Assembly: GCA_044222475.1 (NCBI GenBank)
Contig: JBGANF010000103.1
Coordinates: 1-29,324, forward strand
Reading direction: 5' to 3'
Source: Polyangiaceae bacterium
Lineage (GTDB): Bacteria > Myxococcota_A > Polyangia > Polyangiales > Polyangiaceae
DNA: 29,324 nucleotides
Every line of letters starts with the position of its first letter. Positions within the stretch are counted from its first letter, which is position 1. Below the pieces are notes generated by a model that searched no databases, had not been told where the DNA came from, and saw nothing but the letters and a program-made list of their open reading frames with translations. The translations under genes and the position numbers were made by a program. Of the stretch, positions 9,063 through 16,568 are shown in pieces.

Positions 9063-10340
9063 ATGTCGCACCGGGTCTGCTCGCGTTGCGGTGCGCCGCT
9101 CCCCGCGTCGACCGACTTGGTTCAGCGCTGCGAGTTCTGCGGCGTCGAGAACGAGCGCGATGCGCCGGCGGCGCCCCTTCCTCCGTCGCCGCGTCCTTCT
9201 CCGCGACCACCTCCGTACGTCCCACCTCCGGACGCGAGCCCGAGCGGAGCGCCCGCGGTCGTGTTCGCGCTCGTGGCCTTCGGGCTCGTGGCCGGCGGCG
9301 CGGCGTTCTTCCTGTTCGCCGGGCGCGACTCGTCGAGCAGCACCACGGTCGTCGTGCCGAGCGTCGTCACTCCCACGATCCCGACCGGACCGGTCGAGCC
9401 GCCGCCGACGCCCGTCTCGGCGCTCCACACCACTCGCCTCACGTGGACGACCGACGTGAAGGTCGACGCTCCGGGCCGCATTGGGGCGCTCGAGGCGTTC
9501 GATGCGCTCGCCAATTGGGACTGGGCGCAGTCGATCGCGACCGCGTGGTGGTCGGATGCGAAGCCGTACCAGCTCGTCATCGATCCCGTCGGGCCGGACG
9601 GCATGATCGATCTCACCGTGCCCGCGGTCGACTCGATCCCGGCGAGCGCGAAGTACCACTTCGTCTCGAACGACTGCCGCGCGAGCGAGACGAAGCGCGC
9701 CGAGACCGAGGTCAAGTTCGAGAAGTCGAGCTGCACGCTCGAGGTCGAGGTGACCGGCAAGGGGGTGTCGGTTCGACTCGACCTCATCGCCGCCGACCAA
9801 GGCGGCGGGTCGAAGCCGATCGCGCGCCCCCCCTGCGGGATTGGCCAGGTGTTCAGCCACCTCGCCGCGACGCACAAGCTCACGACCCGACCGACGTACT
9901 CGATCTGGCTCGAGAACGACGTCTTCGGTTACCGCTACAGCGTGAGCGCCGGGCGCGGCAGCGCGCAGATGGACGCGCTCGACGTTTCGCCGTCGTTCTG
10001 CGTCAAAGCCGGCGTGGCCCAGGGGACGGTCAAGCCGTCCACGACCACGACCGCTCCGCCGACGGCGAAACCGTCAACCGATCCCGAGTTCGACCGCGGC
10101 GCTGCTGCCGCAGCGATGAAGAACGCCGGGATCGACTCGTGTTTTCCCACGGGCACGACCGGCACGGTGCGCGTCACCGTCGTCTTCGATCCGAGCGGCT
10201 CGGCGCAGTCCGCCAAAGTGGACGACGCGAACGCCGGCACCCCGCTCGGGGCGTGCGCGATCGCGAAGGCCCGCGCCGTGAGGGTGCCCCCGTTCGGCGG
10301 GAGTCCGGTGACGCTGACGATGCCCGTCTCGAAGCGCTAG
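9063..10340 (+). CDS. Membrane-anchored hypothetical protein: N-terminal Zn ribbon, Pro-rich linker, one TM, C-terminal AgmX/PglI (TonB-C)-like domain, 425 aa
   Basis: ATG 9063 in frame with ORF 8490..10340. CSRCG...CEFCG, TM VVFALVAFGLVAGGAAFFLF, and C-terminal FDRGAA...C...VRVTVVFDPSG...GTPLGAC...VPPFGG. Confidence 0.75.
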   Translation: MSHRVCSRCGAPLPASTDLVQRCEFCGVENERDAPAAPLPPSPRPSPRPPPYVPPPDASPSGAPAVVFALVAFGLVAGGAAFFLFAGRDSSSSTTVVVPSVVTPTIPTGPVEPPPTPVSALHTTRLTWTTDVKVDAPGRIGALEAFDALANWDWAQSIATAWWSDAKPYQLVIDPVGPDGMIDLTVPAVDSIPASAKYHFVSNDCRASETKRAETEVKFEKSSCTLEVEVTGKGVSVRLDLIAADQGGGSKPIARPPCGIGQVFSHLAATHKLTTRPTYSIWLENDVFGYRYSVSAGRGSAQMDALDVSPSFCVKAGVAQGTVKPSTTTTAPPTAKPSTDPEFDRGAAAAAMKNAGIDSCFPTGTTGTVRVTVVFDPSGSAQSAKVDDANAGTPLGACAIAKARAVRVPPFGGSPVTLTMPVSKR

Positions 10341-10447
10341 CGAGCACACCTACATCGACGCAGATTCGACGGGGAGCCACCAGCGGATCGTCTTCGAGCC
10401 GGTGGCGCGTGACCGTTCGCGACGATCGCGCGACGGCGCGATCCGGT

Positions 10448-10464
10448 TGCACGGGAATCGTGCA
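10448..10464. promoter_or_regulatory. Candidate enhancer (bEBP binding site), NtrC-type palindrome
   Basis: TGCACG-GGAAT-CGTGCA = TGCAC-N7-GTGCA, about 40 nt upstream of a GG-N10-GC element. Confidence 0.5.
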
Positions 10465-10504
10465 GGCCGCGCGATCTTCGCGAGCGCGCGCGAGCCACCG
10501 TCGC

Positions 10505-10521
10505 TTGGCCCACCCGATGCA
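10505..10521 (+). promoter_or_regulatory. Candidate sigma54 (-24/-12) promoter
   Basis: TTGGCCCACCCGATGCA: GG (10507-8)-N10-GC (10519-20) with TGGC and TGCA context, 16 nt before ATG 10538. Confidence 0.6.
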
Positions 10522-10537
10522 ATGTGCACGTTTCACC

Positions 10538-11236
10538 ATGAACAAGCACTTCGCGATCGGGCTCGCTCTGTTTGCCACCGTCGCCGCAGGCTGTGCGGTC
10601 ACCGCCGGGGAAGAGTTCGACGAAGCCGTCGGTGACTCGCAAGCGGACGAGCTCACGAGCGCATGCGGGAAGGCGGCGATCCTGAACGGTACGCCGAACA
10701 CGCGCTTGGGGATCATGACGCGCGGGTTCGACTGGGTCGATCGCCACGTCATGTACAGCCAGACCCCGCAGTCCAAGTACGACGGGTACCGAACGGACTG
10801 CTCCGGTTTCGTGTCGATGGCGTGGGACAAGCCGGCGCCAGGCAACACGACGTCGACGTTCTACACGGTCGAGCACCCCATCGGTTGGGACGCGCTGATC
10901 CCCGGAGACGCGCTCGTTCGACCCGGACACCACATCATGCTCTTCGCCGGTTGGCTCAACAACGCGCACACCGAGTTCTGCACGCTCGAGGAGTACAACT
11001 GGGGTCACCCCGCGTCGGTGCTGCATCACTACACCAGCTCGTACAAGGGCACGTACACGCCGGTCCGTGTGGACGACATGCCGCATCAGAAGTGCTTCTC
11101 GCCGCGGCTCGAGAAGGACGTGATCGACGGCGCATGCGTGCAACAGCCGGACAACGACTGGCGCCAGTGCGCCGATGGTGTGTGGATCGACGGCAAGGCC
11201 AAGGCTGGACCGTGCACCGCGGAGCACCCGAGCTGA
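10538..11236 (+). CDS. NlpC/P60-family lipoprotein (putative peptidoglycan hydrolase) with small Cys-rich C-terminal domain, 232 aa
   Basis: Lipobox-like VAAGC. YRTDCSGFVSMAW (catalytic Cys), LIPGDAL, GHHIMLF (catalytic His), downstream Glu. Confidence 0.85.
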   Translation: MNKHFAIGLALFATVAAGCAVTAGEEFDEAVGDSQADELTSACGKAAILNGTPNTRLGIMTRGFDWVDRHVMYSQTPQSKYDGYRTDCSGFVSMAWDKPAPGNTTSTFYTVEHPIGWDALIPGDALVRPGHHIMLFAGWLNNAHTEFCTLEEYNWGHPASVLHHYTSSYKGTYTPVRVDDMPHQKCFSPRLEKDVIDGACVQQPDNDWRQCADGVWIDGKAKAGPCTAEHPS

Positions 11237-11248
11237 TACACTGACGGG

Positions 11249-12238
11249 ATGGTCCGTGGCAGGAGCATCGCGATCACCGCGCTCGCGCTCGTCGGAGCGG
11301 CAGCCGCGTGCCTGATGCCTTCTCTGTCGCAGCTCTCGGGAGGAGGCGACGGTGGTGCCTCGGTCGGGGACTCGGGAGGCGACGCGATCGTCGCGACCGA
11401 CGCGGCGAAGCCGGACGCGAGCCCCGAGCCCGGCTGCGACCCGAAGAAGCCGTTCGCTGCCCCGACCGCAGTCGGTGGCCTGAACCTCGCCGGATACTCC
11501 AGCTCGAGCGCGCGCCTGACGGAGGATCAGCTCACGGTGTACTTCAACGCCGAGTGGCCCGGTGGTGCGGGAAAGCAGGACCTCTTCGTCGCGAAGAGAG
11601 CGACCACCGCCGACGCGTTCGGCACGCCCACGCGGCTCACGAGCCTCAACTCGACGGCCCAAGATTGGGATCCGACGATCACCACCGATGACCTGACGCT
11701 CTACTTCGGGTCGACTCGGGTCACGCCGGAGAACATCTTCTTCTCCACGCGGAAGCTCCCGACCGATCCATTCCCGCCGCCCGCTCCAGTCCCCGGCATC
11801 AACGGAGACGCTGGGGGGCAGGAGGCTTTCGTCCTCGGCAACAGTCGTGTCCTTTACTTCGCGTCGCGCCGCCAGGGCGCGGACGCGGGCACCGACATCT
11901 ACCGCGCGGAGGGCAACGGGGCCGCGTTCGGTGCGCCGGTCAGCGTGGCGAACGTGAACGGCACGGCAAGCGAGCAACTACCGGTCGTAACCGACGACGA
12001 GCTGCTCATGGTCCTCGGCTCCAATCGGAGCGGCGGGGCGGGCGGAGTCGACATCTACCTCTCGCGGCGAACGAGCACGGCGATTCCGTTCGACGTTCCG
12101 ATCAACGTGACGGAGCTCAACTCTCCAACCGATGACTACCCGTCGTGGATCTCCAGCGACGGTTGCCACGTGCTCATGCTGTCCGACCGAGCGGACTCGG
12201 TGCACATGATGATCTACGAGTCGCGGCGACCCCTGTAG
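11249..12238 (+). CDS. Lipoprotein with PD40 (TolB/WD40-like) beta-propeller repeats
   Basis: Signal peptide ending AAAC. Repeats of LNS...D..P.I..D.L.LYF.S.R...DIY...R.....F..P. Confidence 0.8.
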   Translation: MVRGRSIAITALALVGAAAACLMPSLSQLSGGGDGGASVGDSGGDAIVATDAAKPDASPEPGCDPKKPFAAPTAVGGLNLAGYSSSSARLTEDQLTVYFNAEWPGGAGKQDLFVAKRATTADAFGTPTRLTSLNSTAQDWDPTITTDDLTLYFGSTRVTPENIFFSTRKLPTDPFPPPAPVPGINGDAGGQEAFVLGNSRVLYFASRRQGADAGTDIYRAEGNGAAFGAPVSVANVNGTASEQLPVVTDDELLMVLGSNRSGGAGGVDIYLSRRTSTAIPFDVPINVTELNSPTDDYPSWISSDGCHVLMLSDRADSVHMMIYESRRPL

Positions 12239-12251
12239 ATCCGGGCGTCGG

Positions 12252-13529
12252 TCAGAGGTCCGCGTACTCCGTCTTCGTGGCCGAGAAGGTCGCGTTGGTG
12301 AGCGTCGGCGCGTTCCGGTAGCGCAGACGGACGCGGCCGAGCCCGCCGCCACCGCCACCCGAGTTCGTCGCGGAAGAGCCGTTGGTCGCTGCGGTGCTTC
12401 CCGCCGCGCCTTTGCCCCCCGCGCCGCTCCCGGATCCGGAGACCACCGCTCCACCGTTCGCGACGGTCGTGTTGGCGGTCGCGTTGCTGCCGATGTTGCC
12501 GTTGGCCGAGTCCGAGGGACCGCCACCGCCGCCGCCGCCGTTCGCGGCGATGATCCCCGCGACGGTGATCGACGGAGCTTCGAGGAAGACCAAGCCTCCC
12601 GAGCCGCCGCCGGGTGCCGAGTTCCCGCTGCAACCTGCGCCACCGCCACCGCCGCCGACGTTGATGATGCCGGCCGCGGTCACCGTGACCGAGACGGTCG
12701 ACGAGATGCTCAACGCGCCGCCGCCGGCGCCGCCGATCCCATTGAGGACGCTGAGCGTCGAACCGCAGGTGCCGGCAGGACCGCTGCCCTTTCCACCGGG
12801 CCCGCCGCCGAACAAGTCGGTCACGGCGGGACCGAACGTCGTTCCGGCCATGCCGCCGCCGGTGCCGCCGCCCGCGCCGCCGACGGTTCCATAGCCGCCG
12901 CCTCCTCCGCCCTTCGTCGTCGCGGTGCCGAGGCCACCGCTACCGCCGCTCACGCCACCGGATGCCACGCCGCCAGGGCCGGGGTCGTCACCGACCGCAG
13001 CTGCCGTGATGGTGGACGAGATCGTGACTCCCTTGGAAGCGACGACGACGAGCGCGAGCGCTCCCTTCACGGTGAGTGGGACGTTCACGTTGAACGCTCC
13101 GACGGACAGAATCGAGCGGTCGTTGCCCTTCGTGAACTTCGCGTTCACCGGTAGGGCCACTACGACGCCGTTGATCTCGATGTTCGGTGCGTCCGTGTTG
13201 ATGACGGTCGCGCCGGTGAGGTCGCCCGCGTTGGGAACGATGGCCGCGCTGGTGGCGTGCGTCGGAAACGCGTTCAACGGAGGCGGTGCGTCGGAGCCCA
13301 CGTCGGCCACGCTCCCATCGGCGTCGACCGTCGCGTCGACCGTCGCGTCGTCGGAAGCGTCCTTGCCGACGCTCGAGTCCGCCCCCGAGTCGACGGTCGA
13401 GCCCGTGTCCGGCGTGGATGCGTCGGGTTGGTTCTGCCCCGGGAACGCGCTGTCCCCGATGCATCCGGCCACGAAGCCACCCAACACTACGGCCACGATT
13501 CGAAGCGAAGAGACGCGGAAGGTCAGCAT
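12252..13529 (-). CDS. Glycine-rich lipoprotein (polyglycine tracts alternating with beta-strands), 425 aa
   Basis: ATG 13529 (MLTFRVSSLRIVAVVLGGFVAGC). Asp/Ala/Ser linker, then GGAGGGALSI, GGGSGGLVFLEAP, ANGGGGGG, GGGGGGLGRVRL. Confidence 0.75.
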   Translation of the reverse strand: MLTFRVSSLRIVAVVLGGFVAGCIGDSAFPGQNQPDASTPDTGSTVDSGADSSVGKDASDDATVDATVDADGSVADVGSDAPPPLNAFPTHATSAAIVPNAGDLTGATVINTDAPNIEINGVVVALPVNAKFTKGNDRSILSVGAFNVNVPLTVKGALALVVVASKGVTISSTITAAAVGDDPGPGGVASGGVSGGSGGLGTATTKGGGGGGYGTVGGAGGGTGGGMAGTTFGPAVTDLFGGGPGGKGSGPAGTCGSTLSVLNGIGGAGGGALSISSTVSVTVTAAGIINVGGGGGGAGCSGNSAPGGGSGGLVFLEAPSITVAGIIAANGGGGGGGPSDSANGNIGSNATANTTVANGGAVVSGSGSGAGGKGAAGSTAATNGSSATNSGGGGGGLGRVRLRYRNAPTLTNATFSATKTEYADL

Positions 13530-13539
13530 GCCTTGCAGA

Positions 13540-14619
13540 CTATCCGAGTGCCGGCTTTTCGCGAGTGGAAACGCGCCGAACCCGCGACGATTCCGTCGCG
13601 AGTTGGCCGCACGCTCCGGCGACGTCGCGCCCACGTGATCGCCGCATCGTGACGAGGCACCCGGCGCCGTGGAGCCACGACGTGAAGGTGCGCGCCGCGT
13701 CGTCGCTCGGCCGCGCGAAGGCGGGTCGCTCAGACGCGCCAAACGGATTCCAGGGGATGACGTTGACGACGGAGCGGTAGCCGTCGGCGAACGCGGCGAT
13801 CCGCGCCGCGTCTTCGCGGGTGTCGTTCACGCCTTCGAGGAGGACGTACTCGAGGGTGATCTTCTCGTGCGGGCGCACGGGGTACTCGAGGAGCGCCTCG
13901 CGCAGCTCGGCGAGTGAGTTGTTCTTCGCGATCGGCATGATCGAGCGACGACTCGACTCGGTCGTCGCGTTGAGACTGAGCGCGAGGCACGGTCGGCGCT
14001 TCGCCTTCGCGAGCGCCCGGATGCCGCCGACGAGCCCCGACGTCGAGACGGTGATGCGCATCGGCGCGAGCCCGAGGCCGGCTTCGTCGCACAACACGTC
14101 GAGCGCGCGCGTCACCGCGTCCACGTTGTGGAGCGGCTCGCCCATGCCCATGAACACCAGCGAGATCCGACCTGGGTCGTCGGGCCCGAGCGCGAGGATC
14201 GTCGTGAGGACCTGCCCGACGATCTCGTCGGGGCGGAGGTTTCGGACGAGCCCCATCGCGGCGGTGCGACAGAACGTGCAGCCCATCCCGCAGCCGACCT
14301 GGCTCGAGAGGCAGATCGTGACGCGCGGGTTTTTCACCGCGCGCGGCATGTGGACGGTCTCGATGGTCTTGCCGTCGTCGAGCTCGAGCAGGAGCTTCGT
14401 CGCGCCGTCGGCCGAGCGATGCTGCGACCGAATCTTCGGCAAGGAAAGATCGAGCTCACGTTCGACGAACGCGCGGAGGGCCTTGCCGAGCACGGGCCGC
14501 GCATCATCCCAGCGCGCGACGTGATGCAGCTTGCGGAGCAGCGGCGCCGGCGCGCCGGGCGGATGGAGCGCGGCGAGATCGGCGAGCGTGAGATCGGCGA
14601 AGGATCGCCGAACGCTCAT
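13540..14619 (-). CDS. rlmN: Radical SAM RNA methyltransferase RlmN family
   Basis: CLSSQVGCGMGCTFC (CxxxCxxC plus upstream Cys), MGMGEP, ITVSTSG, EYVLLEGVND, GACGQL. Confidence 0.92.
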   Translation of the reverse strand: MSVRRSFADLTLADLAALHPPGAPAPLLRKLHHVARWDDARPVLGKALRAFVERELDLSLPKIRSQHRSADGATKLLLELDDGKTIETVHMPRAVKNPRVTICLSSQVGCGMGCTFCRTAAMGLVRNLRPDEIVGQVLTTILALGPDDPGRISLVFMGMGEPLHNVDAVTRALDVLCDEAGLGLAPMRITVSTSGLVGGIRALAKAKRRPCLALSLNATTESSRRSIMPIAKNNSLAELREALLEYPVRPHEKITLEYVLLEGVNDTREDAARIAAFADGYRSVVNVIPWNPFGASERPAFARPSDDAARTFTSWLHGAGCLVTMRRSRGRDVAGACGQLATESSRVRRVSTREKPALG

Positions 14620-16382
14620 TTGGGCAGCAGGATGAGCGCGCGCTGCGCGTCCACGTCGACGGTGACGGTGCCATCGCCGGCGACCGGGAAGCTGCGGGCG
14701 GCGGGGTCGAGCGCGTCGACGAGGGTGCCACCGGCGAGCGAGGTCTTGAACGTGGCGCCGCTCTTCTTCTTGGCGTTGGTGTTGAGGACGACGACCGCGA
14801 CGGACGAACCGGCGTCACCGCCGCTGCGCTCGAAGGCGAACATCCCGGCGTCGGGCTCGTCGGCGGTGTGGCTCGTCGAGAACAGCACGGTCGCGTTGCC
14901 GCGTCGGAGCGCGACGACGTCCTTGCGGAGCTTCGCGACCTTGGCGACGTGCTGGAACGTCGTCCCATCTTGGGCATACCCGGTCGGCCACATGTTTTCG
15001 CGGTTGGCCGGGTCGTTGCCGCCGGAGAAGTCCTGCTCGGTGCCGTAGTAGATGCACGGGATGCCCTCCTCGGTGAGGAGCAGCGTGAGCGCGTTGCGAA
15101 GCGCCTCGACGTCCTTCTGTCCGAAGAAGAGGAAGCGCGCGACGTCGTGGTTGTCGAGGAAGTTCACGAGGAGCTTCGCCGGGGGCACGCCGGCGCCGAG
15201 GTCCTGCGCTTCGGTCCCGTAGTTCTTCGTCTTCTGGCCCCACAGATCGGCGATCTGCTGCGTACCTTTTTGGGACGCCGGATCGTGCGCGTTCTGGAAC
15301 ACGTCGCGGAAGACCTGGAAGTGCTGCGAGAAGTAGAAGACGCTGTCGAGCTCGCCCTTGACGGTGTAGCTGCCGAGGAGCTGGTCGTTTCCGTCGAACG
15401 CTTCGCCGAACATGAGGAAGCGCTTCTTGCCTTGCGCGTCCAGCCGCTCGCGGACGCCCTTGGCGAAGACCTGCCAGAACCCGTGCTCGACGTGCTTCAC
15501 CGTGTCGATGCGGAAGCCGTCGAGGTCGAGGTCCTCGACCCAGCTGGTGTACGCGTCGATCATCTCGGCGCGGACCTCGGGGAGCTCGGTCGCGACGTCT
15601 TTCAGACCGCCGGGGAAGTCGCCGAGCATGCGCTGCTTCTCGTCGTCGTAGTTCAGGATGCGGCCGAAGCCGTGGTACGCGCCGGCGCGACCGAGGAGCC
15701 CGTCGGGCGGGACGCGGTTGATGTCCGGGTAGTCGATGAACCGCAGCGGCGCGCGACCCGAGAGCCCCAGGCTGGTGAACGCCTGGACGCCGCGCGGATC
15801 CCAGTCGGGATCGAACTCGCTGACGCGCTCGACCGGCGACGTGCTCCCGGTGCCGCCGATGTTCACGTCGGGCTTCCCGTTGAGGTTCATGTCGTAGAAG
15901 AAGAGCTGACCCATGTGGTTCGTCACGATGTCGAGGACGACCTTCATGCCGCGCTCGTGGGTCGACGCGATGAGCGAGCGGAGGCTCGCGAGATCGCCGA
16001 AGTGCGGGTTCAGCTTGCGGAGGTCTTGCGCCCAGTAGCCGTGGTAGGCGTCGAAGTCGGCGTCGGTCTCGACGTTCTTCACGATCGGCGAGATCCACAG
16101 GGTGGTGACGCCGAGGTTCTGGATGTAGTCGAGGTGATCTTCGAGGCCCTTCCAGTCGCCGCCTTGGTAGCGCGCGAGGTAGCCCTCTTGGACGCGGAAG
16201 TCGTTGTTGCGATTGCCGTTGGCGAAGCGGTCGACGAGGACCTGGTAGATGACCTCGTCGCGCCAGTCTTCGACGTGGGTCGCGAGGGCTTGCTTCTGGC
16301 CCTTCTCGGGCAGGCCGACGCACGCCGACTGCGCGATGGCGGCGCTGGCGAGGCAGGCGATTCCAAGGGCCCGTAGCTTCAT
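14616..16382 (-). CDS. GH13 alpha-amylase family lipoprotein, 588 aa
   Basis: Start ATG 16382 (MKLRALGIAC...QSAC). IYQVLVDRF, GGDWKG, YHGYW, DIVTNH, GFRIDTVKH, GEAFD and FLDNHD give a complete catalytic Asp/Glu/Asp set. Confidence 0.93.
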   Translation of the reverse strand: MKLRALGIACLASAAIAQSACVGLPEKGQKQALATHVEDWRDEVIYQVLVDRFANGNRNNDFRVQEGYLARYQGGDWKGLEDHLDYIQNLGVTTLWISPIVKNVETDADFDAYHGYWAQDLRKLNPHFGDLASLRSLIASTHERGMKVVLDIVTNHMGQLFFYDMNLNGKPDVNIGGTGSTSPVERVSEFDPDWDPRGVQAFTSLGLSGRAPLRFIDYPDINRVPPDGLLGRAGAYHGFGRILNYDDEKQRMLGDFPGGLKDVATELPEVRAEMIDAYTSWVEDLDLDGFRIDTVKHVEHGFWQVFAKGVRERLDAQGKKRFLMFGEAFDGNDQLLGSYTVKGELDSVFYFSQHFQVFRDVFQNAHDPASQKGTQQIADLWGQKTKNYGTEAQDLGAGVPPAKLLVNFLDNHDVARFLFFGQKDVEALRNALTLLLTEEGIPCIYYGTEQDFSGGNDPANRENMWPTGYAQDGTTFQHVAKVAKLRKDVVALRRGNATVLFSTSHTADEPDAGMFAFERSGGDAGSSVAVVVLNTNAKKKSGATFKTSLAGGTLVDALDPAARSFPVAGDGTVTVDVDAQRALILLPK

Positions 16383-16425
16383 CGGGCAGGGCGTAGCACG
16401 GGGCCGTCTCGATGTCCTGGACAAA

Positions 16426-16447
16426 CGTGACTCATTGGTGAGTCACG
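16426..16447. promoter_or_regulatory. Perfect 9-bp inverted repeat, candidate operator upstream of the amylase gene
   Basis: CGTGACTCA-TTGG-TGAGTCACG, 43 nt upstream of ATG 16382. Confidence 0.5.
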
Positions 16448-16457
16448 GCCCTGAAAA

Positions 16458-16568
16458 GAAACGCCAGGAGCGCCAGGAGCGCCAGGAAACGCCACGAAAG
16501 GAGAGTGGGTTTGCAGCAGTCTCCAGCCTCTATCCGCCTCTTGGCGACCCTGGCGACCCTGGCGGTTC
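16458..16568. repeat. REP-like palindromic element with 9-nt tandem units in both arms
   Basis: Left arm 16458-16487 is GAAA(CGCCAGGAG)2CGCCAGGA. Right arm 16539-16568 reverse-complements to GAAC(CGCCAGGGT)2CGCCAAGA. 24 of 30 positions match; 51-nt spacer. Confidence 0.8.

Noticed and set aside
10376..10406. GCCACC...GGTGGC inverted repeat after the 10340 stop as a terminator
   Set aside because: Only a 6-bp stem with a long loop and no U-tract, which is expected by chance at this GC content.
12340..12980. GCC/CCG trinucleotide runs as DNA-level microsatellites
   Set aside because: They are fully explained by polyglycine codons of the minus-strand gene.
13540..14619. Cfr-type antibiotic resistance methyltransferase
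   Set aside because: The motifs fit the general RlmN family, and nothing visible (mobile context, leader peptide) supports Cfr. A phylogeny would be needed.
16458..16568. Possible CRISPR array or coding repeat (RQERQERQE)
   Set aside because: Units are 9 nt, tandem and without unique spacers, and no cas genes are present. The ORFs crossing it are unsupported.
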